From Desulfurococcales archaeon (GTDB lineage: Archaea > Thermoproteota > Thermoprotei_A > Sulfolobales > WAQK01): a stretch of 64,000 nucleotides of DNA. The stretch spans positions 6,648 through 70,647 of the forward strand of contig JALWQH010000054.1 in assembly GCA_027083135.1 (NCBI GenBank), in the 5' to 3' direction. This document shows positions 45,208 to 54,114 of this stretch, piece after piece. The notes beneath the pieces were generated by a model. That model was not told the DNA's origin and searched no databases. It worked only from the letters and a program-made list of their open reading frames with translations. The first letter of the stretch is position 1. The number at the start of each line of letters is the position of its first letter. The position numbers were made by a program, and so were the translations under genes.

Positions 45208-45301
45208 TAATGCAACATGGTAGCGGTGACATGTGACTAATGGTAATACCCAGGGTATTATCGAATAGAATATAGTAATACCTATACTGGTTTAAACATA
45301 G

Positions 45302-45622
45302 TTATATTAGTACTCCAAGAGAGTCGCTTATTACTCCTCTTCTCACAAGGTTCTCATATGTCCTCCATATCCTCTTCTCTGTTACATGCCTGGTATCGAA
45401 ACCCCTTGACCTCAGAATGGTGATCACTACTTCGGGGAAATCATTGGGATGCATGCTTCTCCCCATGTGTGCGGCCTCTATGACTGCCTCAACTATGTCT
45501 CTGCTTGAAGGATACTGGGCTTTGCGCTTATGCTTGGAGGCCTGCCTTGTAGCCTCCATGATTTCTTCTAGGAGATCCTTGGGAATATACTTGTCATAGT
45601 CTTCTAGAGTAGGCTTATCCAT
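45302..45622 (-). CDS. hypothetical protein
   Basis: 106-aa ORF with an ATG start. No motif recognised. Confidence 0.4.
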   Translation of the reverse strand: MDKPTLEDYDKYIPKDLLEEIMEATRQASKHKRKAQYPSSRDIVEAVIEAAHMGRSMHPNDFPEVVITILRSRGFDTRHVTEKRIWRTYENLVRRGVISDSLGVLI

Positions 45623-45679
45623 ATGGCTGCCCCATCTAGATGGTTATACTCGCTGGATCTTTTGTAGTTTTCCACGCCT

Positions 45680-46534
45680 TTATCTAGTAAGCGAGGGGGC
45701 TGGAGGCTCATAGAATGGTATTTTCGCCTTGTGATAGTCTCTTATAATGGTTCTCGCAGCCTCCTCTATTAGGGGTTCACCCGTCTTCTTGTAGCGCCAT
45801 CCCCTCCTAAGAGCAAGTTGCTCCATTATCCTGTAGGGGTCGAGGGAGCTTATACTGTATGCTTGCCTGAAGGCCGCAGGGTTGAAGCGGAGCACATGGC
45901 GTATAAGCATGGCTGCTGCTGGGACAGGGTCCTCCAGTGTTTCAGGGCTTGTTCCACGTATTATTCTTTCCAGGAGGCCTCCCTCTATGGGAATAGTGCC
46001 TGGAGAGTCAATCATGTATATGTCTTCATCCACCCTGTAGAGCTGCGGGTGCCTAGTGTAGCCATGGCTTCCAGGTATGGGGCTCGTGGAGGCGCTGTGC
46101 CTCCCTTTAAGCGCATTTATAATGGTGGACTTCCCCACCTTAGGATACCCTGTGACAGCCACGATTATTGGGGGTTCCTCCATATGTTTCCTGATAGCTG
46201 AGCGGAGCATCCCTGTACCAAGATGACTGCGCGCCGCCATGTAAAGTGTCGGGAACCCCTCATCCTCGAAGATCCTCTTCCACTTCTCAGCCACCTCGCG
46301 TGGAATCAGATCGCTCTTATTGATGATGAGCATCAGATTCTTGCCAAGAGCCTCAGCCATGCGTTCGAGGCGGCGGCTCCTCGTACGCAGAGGCTCCCTA
46401 GCATCAAGTACTTCCAACACTAGATCTGCACGCCTCACAATCCTTGCCAGCATCCTCCATGTAGCTAGCTGCAAGCGGAGACACCCTCCCACAGGAGCTG
46501 AGAGGCCAAGGCTAATATAGCTCTCCATTCCCAC
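45680..46534 (-). CDS. circularly permuted ribosome-biogenesis GTPase (YlqF/RbgA/Nug-like)
   Basis: G4 (INKSDL) precedes G1 (GYPKVGKST) and G3 (DSPG). Start uncertain. Confidence 0.7.
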   Translation of the reverse strand: MGMESYISLGLSAPVGGCLRLQLATWRMLARIVRRADLVLEVLDAREPLRTRSRRLERMAEALGKNLMLIINKSDLIPREVAEKWKRIFEDEGFPTLYMAARSHLGTGMLRSAIRKHMEEPPIIVAVTGYPKVGKSTIINALKGRHSASTSPIPGSHGYTRHPQLYRVDEDIYMIDSPGTIPIEGGLLERIIRGTSPETLEDPVPAAAMLIRHVLRFNPAAFRQAYSISSLDPYRIMEQLALRRGWRYKKTGEPLIEEAARTIIRDYHKAKIPFYEPPAPSLTR

Positions 46535-46571
46535 AGAACTTATAAAGAGAGGGTGAAACCAATATTCCTGG

Positions 46572-46663
46572 GCCGCCGTAGCTCAGCTCGGCAGAGCGCC
46601 GCCCTGGTAGCGGAGCCGCCTGAGAGGCGGAGGTCCCGGGTTCAAACCCCGGCGGCGGCTCCA
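46572..46663 (+). tRNA. tRNA-Thr (anticodon GGU) with a 15-nt canonical intron; CCA encoded
   Basis: GCCGCCG-TA-GCTC-AGCTCGGCA-GAGC-G-CCGCC-CTGGTA[GCGGAGCCGCCTGAG]A-GGCGG-AGGTC-CCGGG-TTCAAAC-CCCGG-CGGCGGC-T-CCA. Confidence 0.85.
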
Positions 46664-46786
46664 CGAATCCATTTAAACTCCTGCCGCCCAGCATGCTGGG
46701 CATCTAGGCTTGATTCAGGCATCCCGCCTAGCCAGGGTTTATTTATGTAGGGCTGGGATAATGTTCTAAGGCGTGATCACCTGGTT

Positions 46787-48292
46787 ATGAGCCTGGCTGG
46801 AGGACATGGGGGAAGCAGGTATACTAGTCTCCTAGCATACATAGGGCTTGTACTCATCACCAGCAGCCTTCCACTCATAGCCTCAGGGATTGTGGGCTTC
46901 GCATACCTCCTATACGCAGGCGTTCCATGGGAGCTTAGGCCCGCATCCATAATGCTGGGCTACGGTGTCCTCCTCCTGTCCATAGGGTTATTTCTCTCCG
47001 AGATGGAGAGAGGGAGTATAAGGACGGGGGACGCCGTAGTTATGACGGCTTTCGTATGGATAACCGTGCCTCTCCTAGCAGCAGTCCCCTTCATGACGGC
47101 GGCAGGTATACCCTATGCCGACGCCTTATTCGAAGCCGTCAGCGGGTGGACCACCACAGGGCTGACCATTCTTTCAGGAGAACCCAGCAGCTCTGGAGGA
47201 GTATATGTACCGCACGTGGAGGAGCTTCCACTAACACTCCAGGCGTGGAGAACAATCATGCAGTGGGTTGGAGGCCTAGGCATAGTTGTATTCACGGTAG
47301 CCTTCCTTACGAGGCCTGGAGTATCAGCCGCGATACTATACATGGCTGAGGGTAAGTTCGAGAGGCTTGAGGCGAGCATTCGGAGAAGCGCCTTTAAAAT
47401 GGGTTTAATCTACGTGGTCCTCACAATAATATCCATATCCCTACTATACTTTGCAGGCATGAGTCTTCCAGACGCTGTTCACCATGCCATGACAGGCATA
47501 GCTACTGCAGGCTTCTCAGTCCATACTAGTAGCCTGGGCTACTATATCGATAAGCCGGCTGTCCTAGTGGCAGCAATGATCGTCATGTTCATGGGTGCCG
47601 TAAGCTTCGCAACCCATGACAACGTATTATCACTGAGACTGGGCAAGCTTAAGTATAGCATAGAGCTTCACGCCCAGCTAGTATTAATAGGAGTATCCTC
47701 GCTCTTCGCCCTATACCTCTGGCACAGCGATCCAGGCATGCATAGGTTGTTCTCGCCGCTGCAAATAGTATTCCACGTGGTGTCAAGCTCGGCTACAGCA
47801 GGCTTCCAGGTAGGAGACCTAAAGCTAGCCAACGATTCCTACAAGCTGCTGCTCACAACCCTCGCCCTAATAGGTGGAAGCGCATTCTCAACGGCCGGTG
47901 GAATAAAGGTATTGAGAATACTGATAGCAGTTAAATCCCTCTCCATGGAGACAGGCTCAGTCATAAATCCGCCTGGATACGTGCCGTCACGGAAGCTTGG
48001 AAAATATGTTTTAGATGAGCCCCTCATCAGGAGGACCCTGGCAGTGATCACAGCCATAATAGCTACGCATAACATTCTGACAATGATGCTGGCAGGACTT
48101 TACCCAACAATGTATAGTCTTGCAGACTCGGCCTTCGAGGTGGCAAGCGCTATGGGGAATGTGGGGCTAAGTGTAGGCATAAGCGCAGCCCACGCCCCCC
48201 TGGGAGCAAAGCTCATACTCATAGCAGCAATGACTCTAGGCAGACTGGAGGTTATCACTTATCTTGTAGCTCTTAAAAGAATCCTGAGATGA
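46787..48292 (+). CDS. trkH: TrkH/KtrB-family potassium uptake membrane subunit
   Basis: 501 aa, polytopic, with repeated pore-loop-like segments (WTTTGLT, IATAGFS, SATAGFQ, FSTAGG, MGNVGLS). Confidence 0.75.
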   Translation: MSLAGGHGGSRYTSLLAYIGLVLITSSLPLIASGIVGFAYLLYAGVPWELRPASIMLGYGVLLLSIGLFLSEMERGSIRTGDAVVMTAFVWITVPLLAAVPFMTAAGIPYADALFEAVSGWTTTGLTILSGEPSSSGGVYVPHVEELPLTLQAWRTIMQWVGGLGIVVFTVAFLTRPGVSAAILYMAEGKFERLEASIRRSAFKMGLIYVVLTIISISLLYFAGMSLPDAVHHAMTGIATAGFSVHTSSLGYYIDKPAVLVAAMIVMFMGAVSFATHDNVLSLRLGKLKYSIELHAQLVLIGVSSLFALYLWHSDPGMHRLFSPLQIVFHVVSSSATAGFQVGDLKLANDSYKLLLTTLALIGGSAFSTAGGIKVLRILIAVKSLSMETGSVINPPGYVPSRKLGKYVLDEPLIRRTLAVITAIIATHNILTMMLAGLYPTMYSLADSAFEVASAMGNVGLSVGISAAHAPLGAKLILIAAMTLGRLEVITYLVALKRILR

Positions 48293-48294
48293 CG

Positions 48295-48639
48295 CTAGGC
48301 AAGCCAAAGCAATATGATCTGCCATCCAATCAAAGCGCCGAGCACTGTGACCAGAGGGTAGAGGAGGAGGGCAAGGCTTCTCGAAGCATATTTATCGATG
48401 ACCACTAGTGTCGCTGAGACTCCGTGGATCACTAGTAGGAGGCCGAGCAGCAATGAGCCTAGACCCATATGTACATGGCTGCAGAGAGCATAGTCTCTAA
48501 GCAACCCGAAGGTAAGCCTCCCAGTAGCCTCAGGCCTCGCTATGCAGAATCCGGTGAGCAGGATGAAATATCCCAGCGGAGCTGATAGAATACCTGTAAC
48601 CTCTGATAAAAGTATCAACACTTGTGTGTAGCGCATCAC
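48295..48639 (-). CDS. small membrane protein
   Basis: 114 aa with 4 hydrophobic helices. Confidence 0.4.
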   Translation of the reverse strand: MMRYTQVLILLSEVTGILSAPLGYFILLTGFCIARPEATGRLTFGLLRDYALCSHVHMGLGSLLLGLLLVIHGVSATLVVIDKYASRSLALLLYPLVTVLGALIGWQIILLWLA

Positions 48640-49505
48640 TTATCACCCTTAACATGAAGTATCTGTTCCCGGAGGGATTAATCCTGGTTAGAGTGTCTAG
48701 GCGGACTGCTATAAGAGCTATACTGGCCTCACTGGCGGTAGGCCTGACGCTACCATGGATCCTTGCAGCAGACTACTACGAGTCTCGGAGGAAGCTTAGG
48801 AAGCCTACCGGGGAAACAGTCGTGGAGAATGGGAGAATACTGCTTCCCCCACCCACGCTGAAAGGAGAGATAAGCCTGGAGGAAGCCATGGCCAACCGCA
48901 GATCCCTGCGCGAATACCTGGACGAACCTATAACCCTGGAGGAGCTGAGCCAGCTCCTATGGGCTGCCTACGGCATAACCGAGATCAGGTGGGGCTTTAA
49001 GACAACTCCCAGCGCAGGGGCCACCTATCCTCTCATAGTATACGCTGTTCTAGCCCCCCGCGGAGTAGCTGTCCCCGGAGGCTACCTGGCCTCCGGATCC
49101 TACCGCTATGACCCCCATACTCATAGCCTTGGCTTAGTGAGGAGAGGGGATTTATCAGGGGATCTCTACGAGGCGGGGCTCAGGCAGGAGTGGATAAGGG
49201 ATGCCCCCCTCAACCTTGTGTTCACGGCGATCTACGAGCGCACCACCGACTACTATGGTTCCCGGGGAGTAAGATATGTTCACATGGAGGTGGGGCACGC
49301 AGGCCAGAACGTCTACCTACAGGCCACTGCACTGGGCCTGGGAACAGTGGCTGTGGGGGCATTCCATGACGACCAGGTAGCCAGGATCATCGGCGCCTCG
49401 CCTAGGGAGAAGCCCCTCTACATAATGCCTGTAGGCAGGCCGGTCAAACCCTACAGGCTCAGCAGGGAGGAGCTGGCGGACTACATAGCCAGCCATAGGG
49501 GATAA
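48624..49505 (+). CDS. SagB/nitroreductase-family dehydrogenase with N-terminal anchor or Tat-like signal
   Basis: SRRTAIRAILASLAVG.. N-terminus. R(R)SLREY, LLWAAYG, and a nitroreductase-like C-terminal part. Confidence 0.6.
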   Translation: MCSASLITLNMKYLFPEGLILVRVSRRTAIRAILASLAVGLTLPWILAADYYESRRKLRKPTGETVVENGRILLPPPTLKGEISLEEAMANRRSLREYLDEPITLEELSQLLWAAYGITEIRWGFKTTPSAGATYPLIVYAVLAPRGVAVPGGYLASGSYRYDPHTHSLGLVRRGDLSGDLYEAGLRQEWIRDAPLNLVFTAIYERTTDYYGSRGVRYVHMEVGHAGQNVYLQATALGLGTVAVGAFHDDQVARIIGASPREKPLYIMPVGRPVKPYRLSREELADYIASHRG

Positions 49506-49667
49506 CCGGGGTAATCCCAGAGATCCAATATGGATAAGGGTGCAGGCTCCGCTCAACACGGATGAGGTGGGGGAAGGATGCCAAGCCGTGATGCAGATAA
49601 TATTATTTTACTATTATACATAGTTTTGGTAAATAATCGATAAATATTTAAGTGTTTGCATTAACAG

Positions 49668-50159
49668 TTGTTAATGATTCCGGGTGTTAAAATGACTGTT
49701 CCTGGAATGGAGACCGGAGTACATGTTTTCACCGCTCTGCTATCAGGGCTGTCAGCAGTGCTGATGCTGGGACTGTTGTACAGCTCCTCGCCCAACAAGA
49801 AGATGGTTAGAAGGATCGCAGTGGCCTTCGCCGTCCTGGTATGGATAACTTGGATCGCAGTGGCCCCGGTTTACGTTAACGAGTATGGTGCGGATAAGGC
49901 TGTCATCAAAAGCTTCTCGGAGACAAGGAACGCGCACTCGCTGGGGATGGAGACCAAGGAGCACATATTCTACACAGGCCTGATCCTCTCGCTGCTCGTA
50001 CCTATAGGGGCGTATACGTTGAACCTGGATAAACCTGGAGCCAGGAAACTGATGGGGTGGTTAGCAGCCACCCTGATCATAGGCTTCATAGTGATGGATG
50101 CCCTGGGAGCCTGGATCAGCTTGTCGGCGAAGCTTGCCTGGAGCATGAAGGCGGGGTGA
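49668..50159 (+). CDS. membrane protein
   Basis: 163 aa with 4-5 TM helices. Confidence 0.45.
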   Translation: MLMIPGVKMTVPGMETGVHVFTALLSGLSAVLMLGLLYSSSPNKKMVRRIAVAFAVLVWITWIAVAPVYVNEYGADKAVIKSFSETRNAHSLGMETKEHIFYTGLILSLLVPIGAYTLNLDKPGARKLMGWLAATLIIGFIVMDALGAWISLSAKLAWSMKAG

Positions 50160-50165
50160 GGAGGC

Positions 50166-50486
50166 ATGGCTGAGTCCGAATCCAATCCGAGGCTACTGGT
50201 AGCCTCCGTGGCAGGCTATGTCGTTGCAGCGCTGTTCAACTCCCTGCTAGTGATACTCAAGGAAACACATGAGGGCGTGGAGGGCTGGCTGGTCAACACT
50301 TTCGGCCACCACTGGATAGGCCATGGAATCCTAGTAGTCCTGACATTCATCATAGCTACAGGAATAAGCTACGGCGCCTATAAGGGAGAAACAGAGGAAA
50401 AACTATACGGCAAGCTGCTGGCAGCAATACTGGGAGCAACCATAGTAAGCGTAGCGATAATCGCCCTCTTCTTCCTAGCAGAATAG
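50166..50486 (+). CDS. membrane protein
   Basis: 106 aa with 3 TM helices. Adjacent to the previous gene. Confidence 0.45.
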   Translation: MAESESNPRLLVASVAGYVVAALFNSLLVILKETHEGVEGWLVNTFGHHWIGHGILVVLTFIIATGISYGAYKGETEEKLYGKLLAAILGATIVSVAIIALFFLAE

Positions 50487-50630
50487 CAGAGCACTGAGGG
50501 ATGCATGGAAGACAAGGAGTAGCAGCCAAATAACACAATTATTTTCCAAGCCCCTAGGCAAATTCTTTTACCACAGCACCCACAGCGATGCTCTCCTACA
50601 TAATCCCGCATGAAGAATGTTTCCGGGGAA

Positions 50631-50729
50631 TGGTGGGCCCGCGGGGACTTGAACCCCGGACCTCCGCCTCTCCTAGAGCTTCTAGGCTCCTGTAAGGGCG
50701 GCGTCCTAACCAGGCTAGACGACGGGCCC
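50631..50729 (-). tRNA. tRNA-Val (anticodon UAC) with a 21-nt canonical intron; CCA encoded
   Basis: Minus strand is identical to tRNA-Val(CAC) except for the anticodon first base and the insert: ..CCGCC-CTTACA[GGAGCCTAGAAGCTCTAGGAG]A-GGCGG... Confidence 0.85.
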
Positions 50730-50754
50730 CGCCATAAGGCATTATTCCCTGCTG

Positions 50755-50764
50755 TAAATCTTTT
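50755..50764 (-). promoter_or_regulatory. TATA-like box of tRNA-Val(UAC)
   Basis: Minus strand AAAAGATTTA is centred about 28 nt upstream of tRNA position 1. Confidence 0.35.
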
Positions 50765-51084
50765 ACGGTTGGATATATGCTTCTAGGAACCTGTGGCCTT
50801 ATGGCTGGTGCCCGCTTCTGCTCAACGGTTTGAAGCGTCCAGCGATTCGTAGCCTCCCTACAAGCCTGTAGCATCTGTAAATCACCGTCTACCGAACTCC
50901 AGGTTCTGCAGGTGAAGCCGGAAGGCTCTACGCCCACCATAACGCCTAAAACTCCCCAGAGTTTCATGAGCATAGCTTATTTTCTCCGGCAGCTTCCATA
51001 TAACGTCATAATGCTTTTCGAGCTTAACGCAGAGATGTGTTTTCCTTATTCCTCAAGAATCCTGGGATAGGAGTGTGGCTAGGC

Positions 51085-51948
51085 TTATAGTAGCTGCTCC
51101 TCCTGCCAGATTACTGCAAGCACGCCGAGAATACTCATCGCCATGGCTGGAGCATACCATGGGTTAAGGGGTTCCCCTAGAATAAGGTATGCTAGCAGGC
51201 TTGCCCCTATAGGTTCTCCTAGAGCTATGGAAGTAGTTGTACTAGCCTTAACGTAGCGAAGAGTATAGTTCATGAGGGTATGCCCCCCAATCATGGGGAC
51301 GAGTGCCAGCATGAGGAGGTAGAACCAAGTCTTCAAGCCATAGTGCAGGGGATCCACACCTGCTATAATAATATATGTGAGAACAGTGGCTGAAGCAACA
51401 CTGTATACAGGGGTAGTATAACTGAGGGTTGAGATCCCGCTTCTACGCGTGTATCTGCCTACTTCAAAGTAAACAGCGGCGGCTAGGGCTCCAGCCAACG
51501 CGTATAGAACTCCGAGAGCATTGATCTCTAAACCCTGCATCCTAGGCCCAATGTACAGCAACACTATTCCCGTAAATGCTGAGAGCAGGCCTGAAAACTG
51601 GATCCCCGTAGGCTTCTCCCCCATCACGAGAGCATCAGCCAGAGCTGCGAAGAGAGGATACATTACTACAATAGTAGTGCTCACAGCTACGGGGATCAGG
51701 AAGAGGCTTTTCATCCATACCACGAAATGAGCGCCTAGTGCAACACCTCCCACAATGACAGGCCAGCCGAAATATGCTTCCTCACCCCTGATCAGCATAG
51801 CCACAGCTAGTATGAACGAGGATATTACAAGCCTCCATAAAGCACACACAGAGGCGGGAGCACCTGCAAGCAATACTAGTACTGCTGCCCAGGAGATGGA
51901 GAACAAGGCAATACTGAGCGCTGCCCACACCCTAGCCTCCACACCCAT
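51085..51948 (-). CDS. EamA/DMT-family transporter
   Basis: 287 aa with 10 TM helices in two EamA-like halves. Confidence 0.7.
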   Translation of the reverse strand: MGVEARVWAALSIALFSISWAAVLVLLAGAPASVCALWRLVISSFILAVAMLIRGEEAYFGWPVIVGGVALGAHFVVWMKSLFLIPVAVSTTIVVMYPLFAALADALVMGEKPTGIQFSGLLSAFTGIVLLYIGPRMQGLEINALGVLYALAGALAAAVYFEVGRYTRRSGISTLSYTTPVYSVASATVLTYIIIAGVDPLHYGLKTWFYLLMLALVPMIGGHTLMNYTLRYVKASTTTSIALGEPIGASLLAYLILGEPLNPWYAPAMAMSILGVLAVIWQEEQLL

Positions 51949-52111
51949 AATTCTCAGCCCTACTATGAGGTTAAAGCTCCATGTAGAGGAAGTCAGCCTG
52001 GGAAGGAAGAATTAATCCGTAGAGAAGCGTCGGCTGAGACAGGTGTCTGCATCGGGTTTCCCCTCAGCCCCCGTTGCATCTTCATCCTGGATACCTTAGG
52101 TGCTGCCAGGA

Positions 52112-52828
52112 CTATTTTACCTGTTGCTTAAGCTCCTCATAGCTCTGCATTATCTGGACGCTGTGGCTGGCTCCAAGCCTCTCAGCCCCTGCATCCAGTA
52201 GTAGGAGGGCTGTAAGGGCATCCCTAATGCCTCCCGCAGCCTTTATTCTCAGAGATCCTCCGACAGCTGTTCTTATGAACACTACATCTGCTAGGCTTAC
52301 GCCACGCGGCCCGAAGCCCGTGTTCGTCTTAATGAAATCAGCGCCGGATTCCTTGACAAGTCTTGCAGCCTCTACTATCTCGCTGGGTGTGAGGAGGCTT
52401 GTCTCAACAATGATTTTAACCTCCGCCCCCCTCTGCTTAACAGCATTTACTATGCTTTTAAGCTCCTTCTCCACGTAGTCTAAGCGCCTCGACTTGTACG
52501 CTGATATATTCCACACTGCATCTATCCCTGAGGCGCCGTCGGAGAGAGCTTCCTCCACCTCCACAAGCTTCACTCGAATAGTCCCGTACCCGTTGGGAAA
52601 TCCAACCACTGTGCATACGGGCAGCCTCGTGATGCTTGAGGCTTCTCTTACAAGAATGGGTGGAACTACTATGCAGTGGAAGCCGTGATGCTCAGCCTCC
52701 TCCACGAGTCCCGCGAGATCTCTGGCGGTCGAGCCAGGTCTTAGAAGCGTATGCTCTATGCTTGCTGCGAGATCCTCCGAGCTGATCCTTTCTACGAGGC
52801 TCCTGACATATTCTCCGAGGCCTCTCAC
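52112..52828 (-). CDS. deoC: deoxyribose-phosphate aldolase
   Basis: ADFIKTNTGFG (Schiff-base Lys context) and a TIM-barrel pattern with IKAAGGIR. Confidence 0.75.
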   Translation of the reverse strand: MRGLGEYVRSLVERISSEDLAASIEHTLLRPGSTARDLAGLVEEAEHHGFHCIVVPPILVREASSITRLPVCTVVGFPNGYGTIRVKLVEVEEALSDGASGIDAVWNISAYKSRRLDYVEKELKSIVNAVKQRGAEVKIIVETSLLTPSEIVEAARLVKESGADFIKTNTGFGPRGVSLADVVFIRTAVGGSLRIKAAGGIRDALTALLLLDAGAERLGASHSVQIMQSYEELKQQVK

Positions 52829-54114
52829 TCTATCCAGTCACCCGTCTCTATTTTCTCAGGGATGTATTTATGGGCTAGGAATCTCAGCCCCCTGCTGGTC
52901 AGAGCCTCTATCTCAAGCTTCGAGAGAGTGGCGAAGAATATGCCGATCTCACGTATCCATTCAGGAGTCTTGAACCAATCGTACCCTGCATGCTCCTTGC
53001 GGCGCAGCTCTCGGAGCTCCTTGCCCCCCACCCTAAGCTTTGATTCCACGTATTTTCTGAAGGGGGCATAGGTATCCACTCCTACAAGCTCTATAGCCCT
53101 CATCACGTCGCTTGGCTTAGCCCTAATAATATAGTTCCTCCTCTCCCCGGCGCTGAGGACAGGCTTCTTCCCTGTCAGAATCTTCCTTAACCCTCTCTTC
53201 CCCAGAAGCTTTGCGAAGGCATCAGCATACTTCTCTAGGACCTCGTCTCCAAATATGTCGCTGGGCATGACTCCTATGAACTTGGCATCAGGGGTGGCCA
53301 GCCTCTCGCTCTCATAGCTCAGGGTAACCGAGCCTATCTTAAACACGCTGTAAATGTAGAAGCCGTAGGGATCACTATCAGTTAGAATATAGACAGGTAG
53401 CCCTAGCTCGTCGCTTAGCCTGCGGACAAACCTTCTCGTCGCCCTGTCAGGCTGCCCTGCACTTGTTATGAGGAGGGCCTTATGCTTATCCCAGAATTTT
53501 ATCCTATGCAGCTGCTGGAAGACGGCATCCTTCTCTATTACAAGCACGTATTCAGCATCAATGTCCAGGAACTCTATTTGATCAGGCGTCGGCTCTATAG
53601 AGTATGCTCCATGCCCCATTCTACTGAGATCAATTACATCGCCGCCGCTTCTAATCCTCATCCTCCCAACAACCTTACCCTTCTCCTTGCTTAGAATCAG
53701 CATCTCCTCTCGGAGAAGCCCAGTATATGATTCCACATCCCTTATTGCTGCGTCAGACTCCCTCTGCGTGTCCCAAGTGTTCTCACGTCCCCTAAGGGTA
53801 TGCTTCCCCCTGTAGTATAGGTCTCTAATAGTAGGGTACTCGTCGTTTACTAGGGCCTCATATATTATTGACGCCATGAGAAGCGTTTGCATGAACCTTC
53901 TAGCCTCGCCTAGATCCAGGAAGCTCCTCTTGATCTTATCTGGACCTAGGAGCAGCATCCTCCTCCTAACATCATAGATAGTGTTGCTTAACGTACGCTT
54001 AGGCATAACTAGTACGGGCTTCTCCCCGCGACGCATCTGCTCAACTATCTCGAGAAACCTCTCCCTAATAGTTGCTGCAGCCCTTCTCCTAGCCTCAACA
54101 TCCATCTGCCTCAA
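52825..54114 (-). CDS. top6A: DNA topoisomerase VI subunit A (Spo11-like)
   Basis: Overlaps top6B by 4 nt. Has the YYRGKH-type tyrosine region, and the Toprim segment VLVIEKDAVF..ILTDSDPYG. Confidence 0.85.
   Translation of the reverse strand: MRQMDVEARRRAAATIRERFLEIVEQMRRGEKPVLVMPKRTLSNTIYDVRRRMLLLGPDKIKRSFLDLGEARRFMQTLLMASIIYEALVNDEYPTIRDLYYRGKHTLRGRENTWDTQRESDAAIRDVESYTGLLREEMLILSKEKGKVVGRMRIRSGGDVIDLSRMGHGAYSIEPTPDQIEFLDIDAEYVLVIEKDAVFQQLHRIKFWDKHKALLITSAGQPDRATRRFVRRLSDELGLPVYILTDSDPYGFYIYSVFKIGSVTLSYESERLATPDAKFIGVMPSDIFGDEVLEKYADAFAKLLGKRGLRKILTGKKPVLSAGERRNYIIRAKPSDVMRAIELVGVDTYAPFRKYVESKLRVGGKELRELRRKEHAGYDWFKTPEWIREIGIFFATLSKLEIEALTSRGLRFLAHKYIPEKIETGDWIE

Noticed and set aside
50860-50930. 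GUGAAGCCGGAAGGCUC string reminiscent of SRP RNA helix 8 (GGUCCGGAAGGAAGCA)
   Set aside because: The conserved AGCA and asymmetric-loop context is missing. The surrounding 350 bp are not GC-rich as structural RNAs of this genome are (tRNAs, H/ACA candidate). No long-range helices could be drawn by eye.
50596-50973. 125-aa ORF on the minus strand containing GGARRLAWLGRRP, which resembles the integrase junction peptide
   Set aside because: The similarity arises only because the ORF translates the tRNA-Val(UAC) gene in the same frame. The upstream 80 aa show no convincing similarity to Int(N). I treat the ORF as spurious; the locus is kept only as a low-interest finding.
51970-52040. Possible C/D-box sRNA (AUGAGG ... 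CUGA about 60 nt apart) between the EamA and deoC genes
   Set aside because: The C box deviates from RUGAUGA (UGAGG instead of UGAUGA). No C' or D' boxes and no terminal stem were found. Other intergenic regions scanned by eye gave no better C/D candidates.
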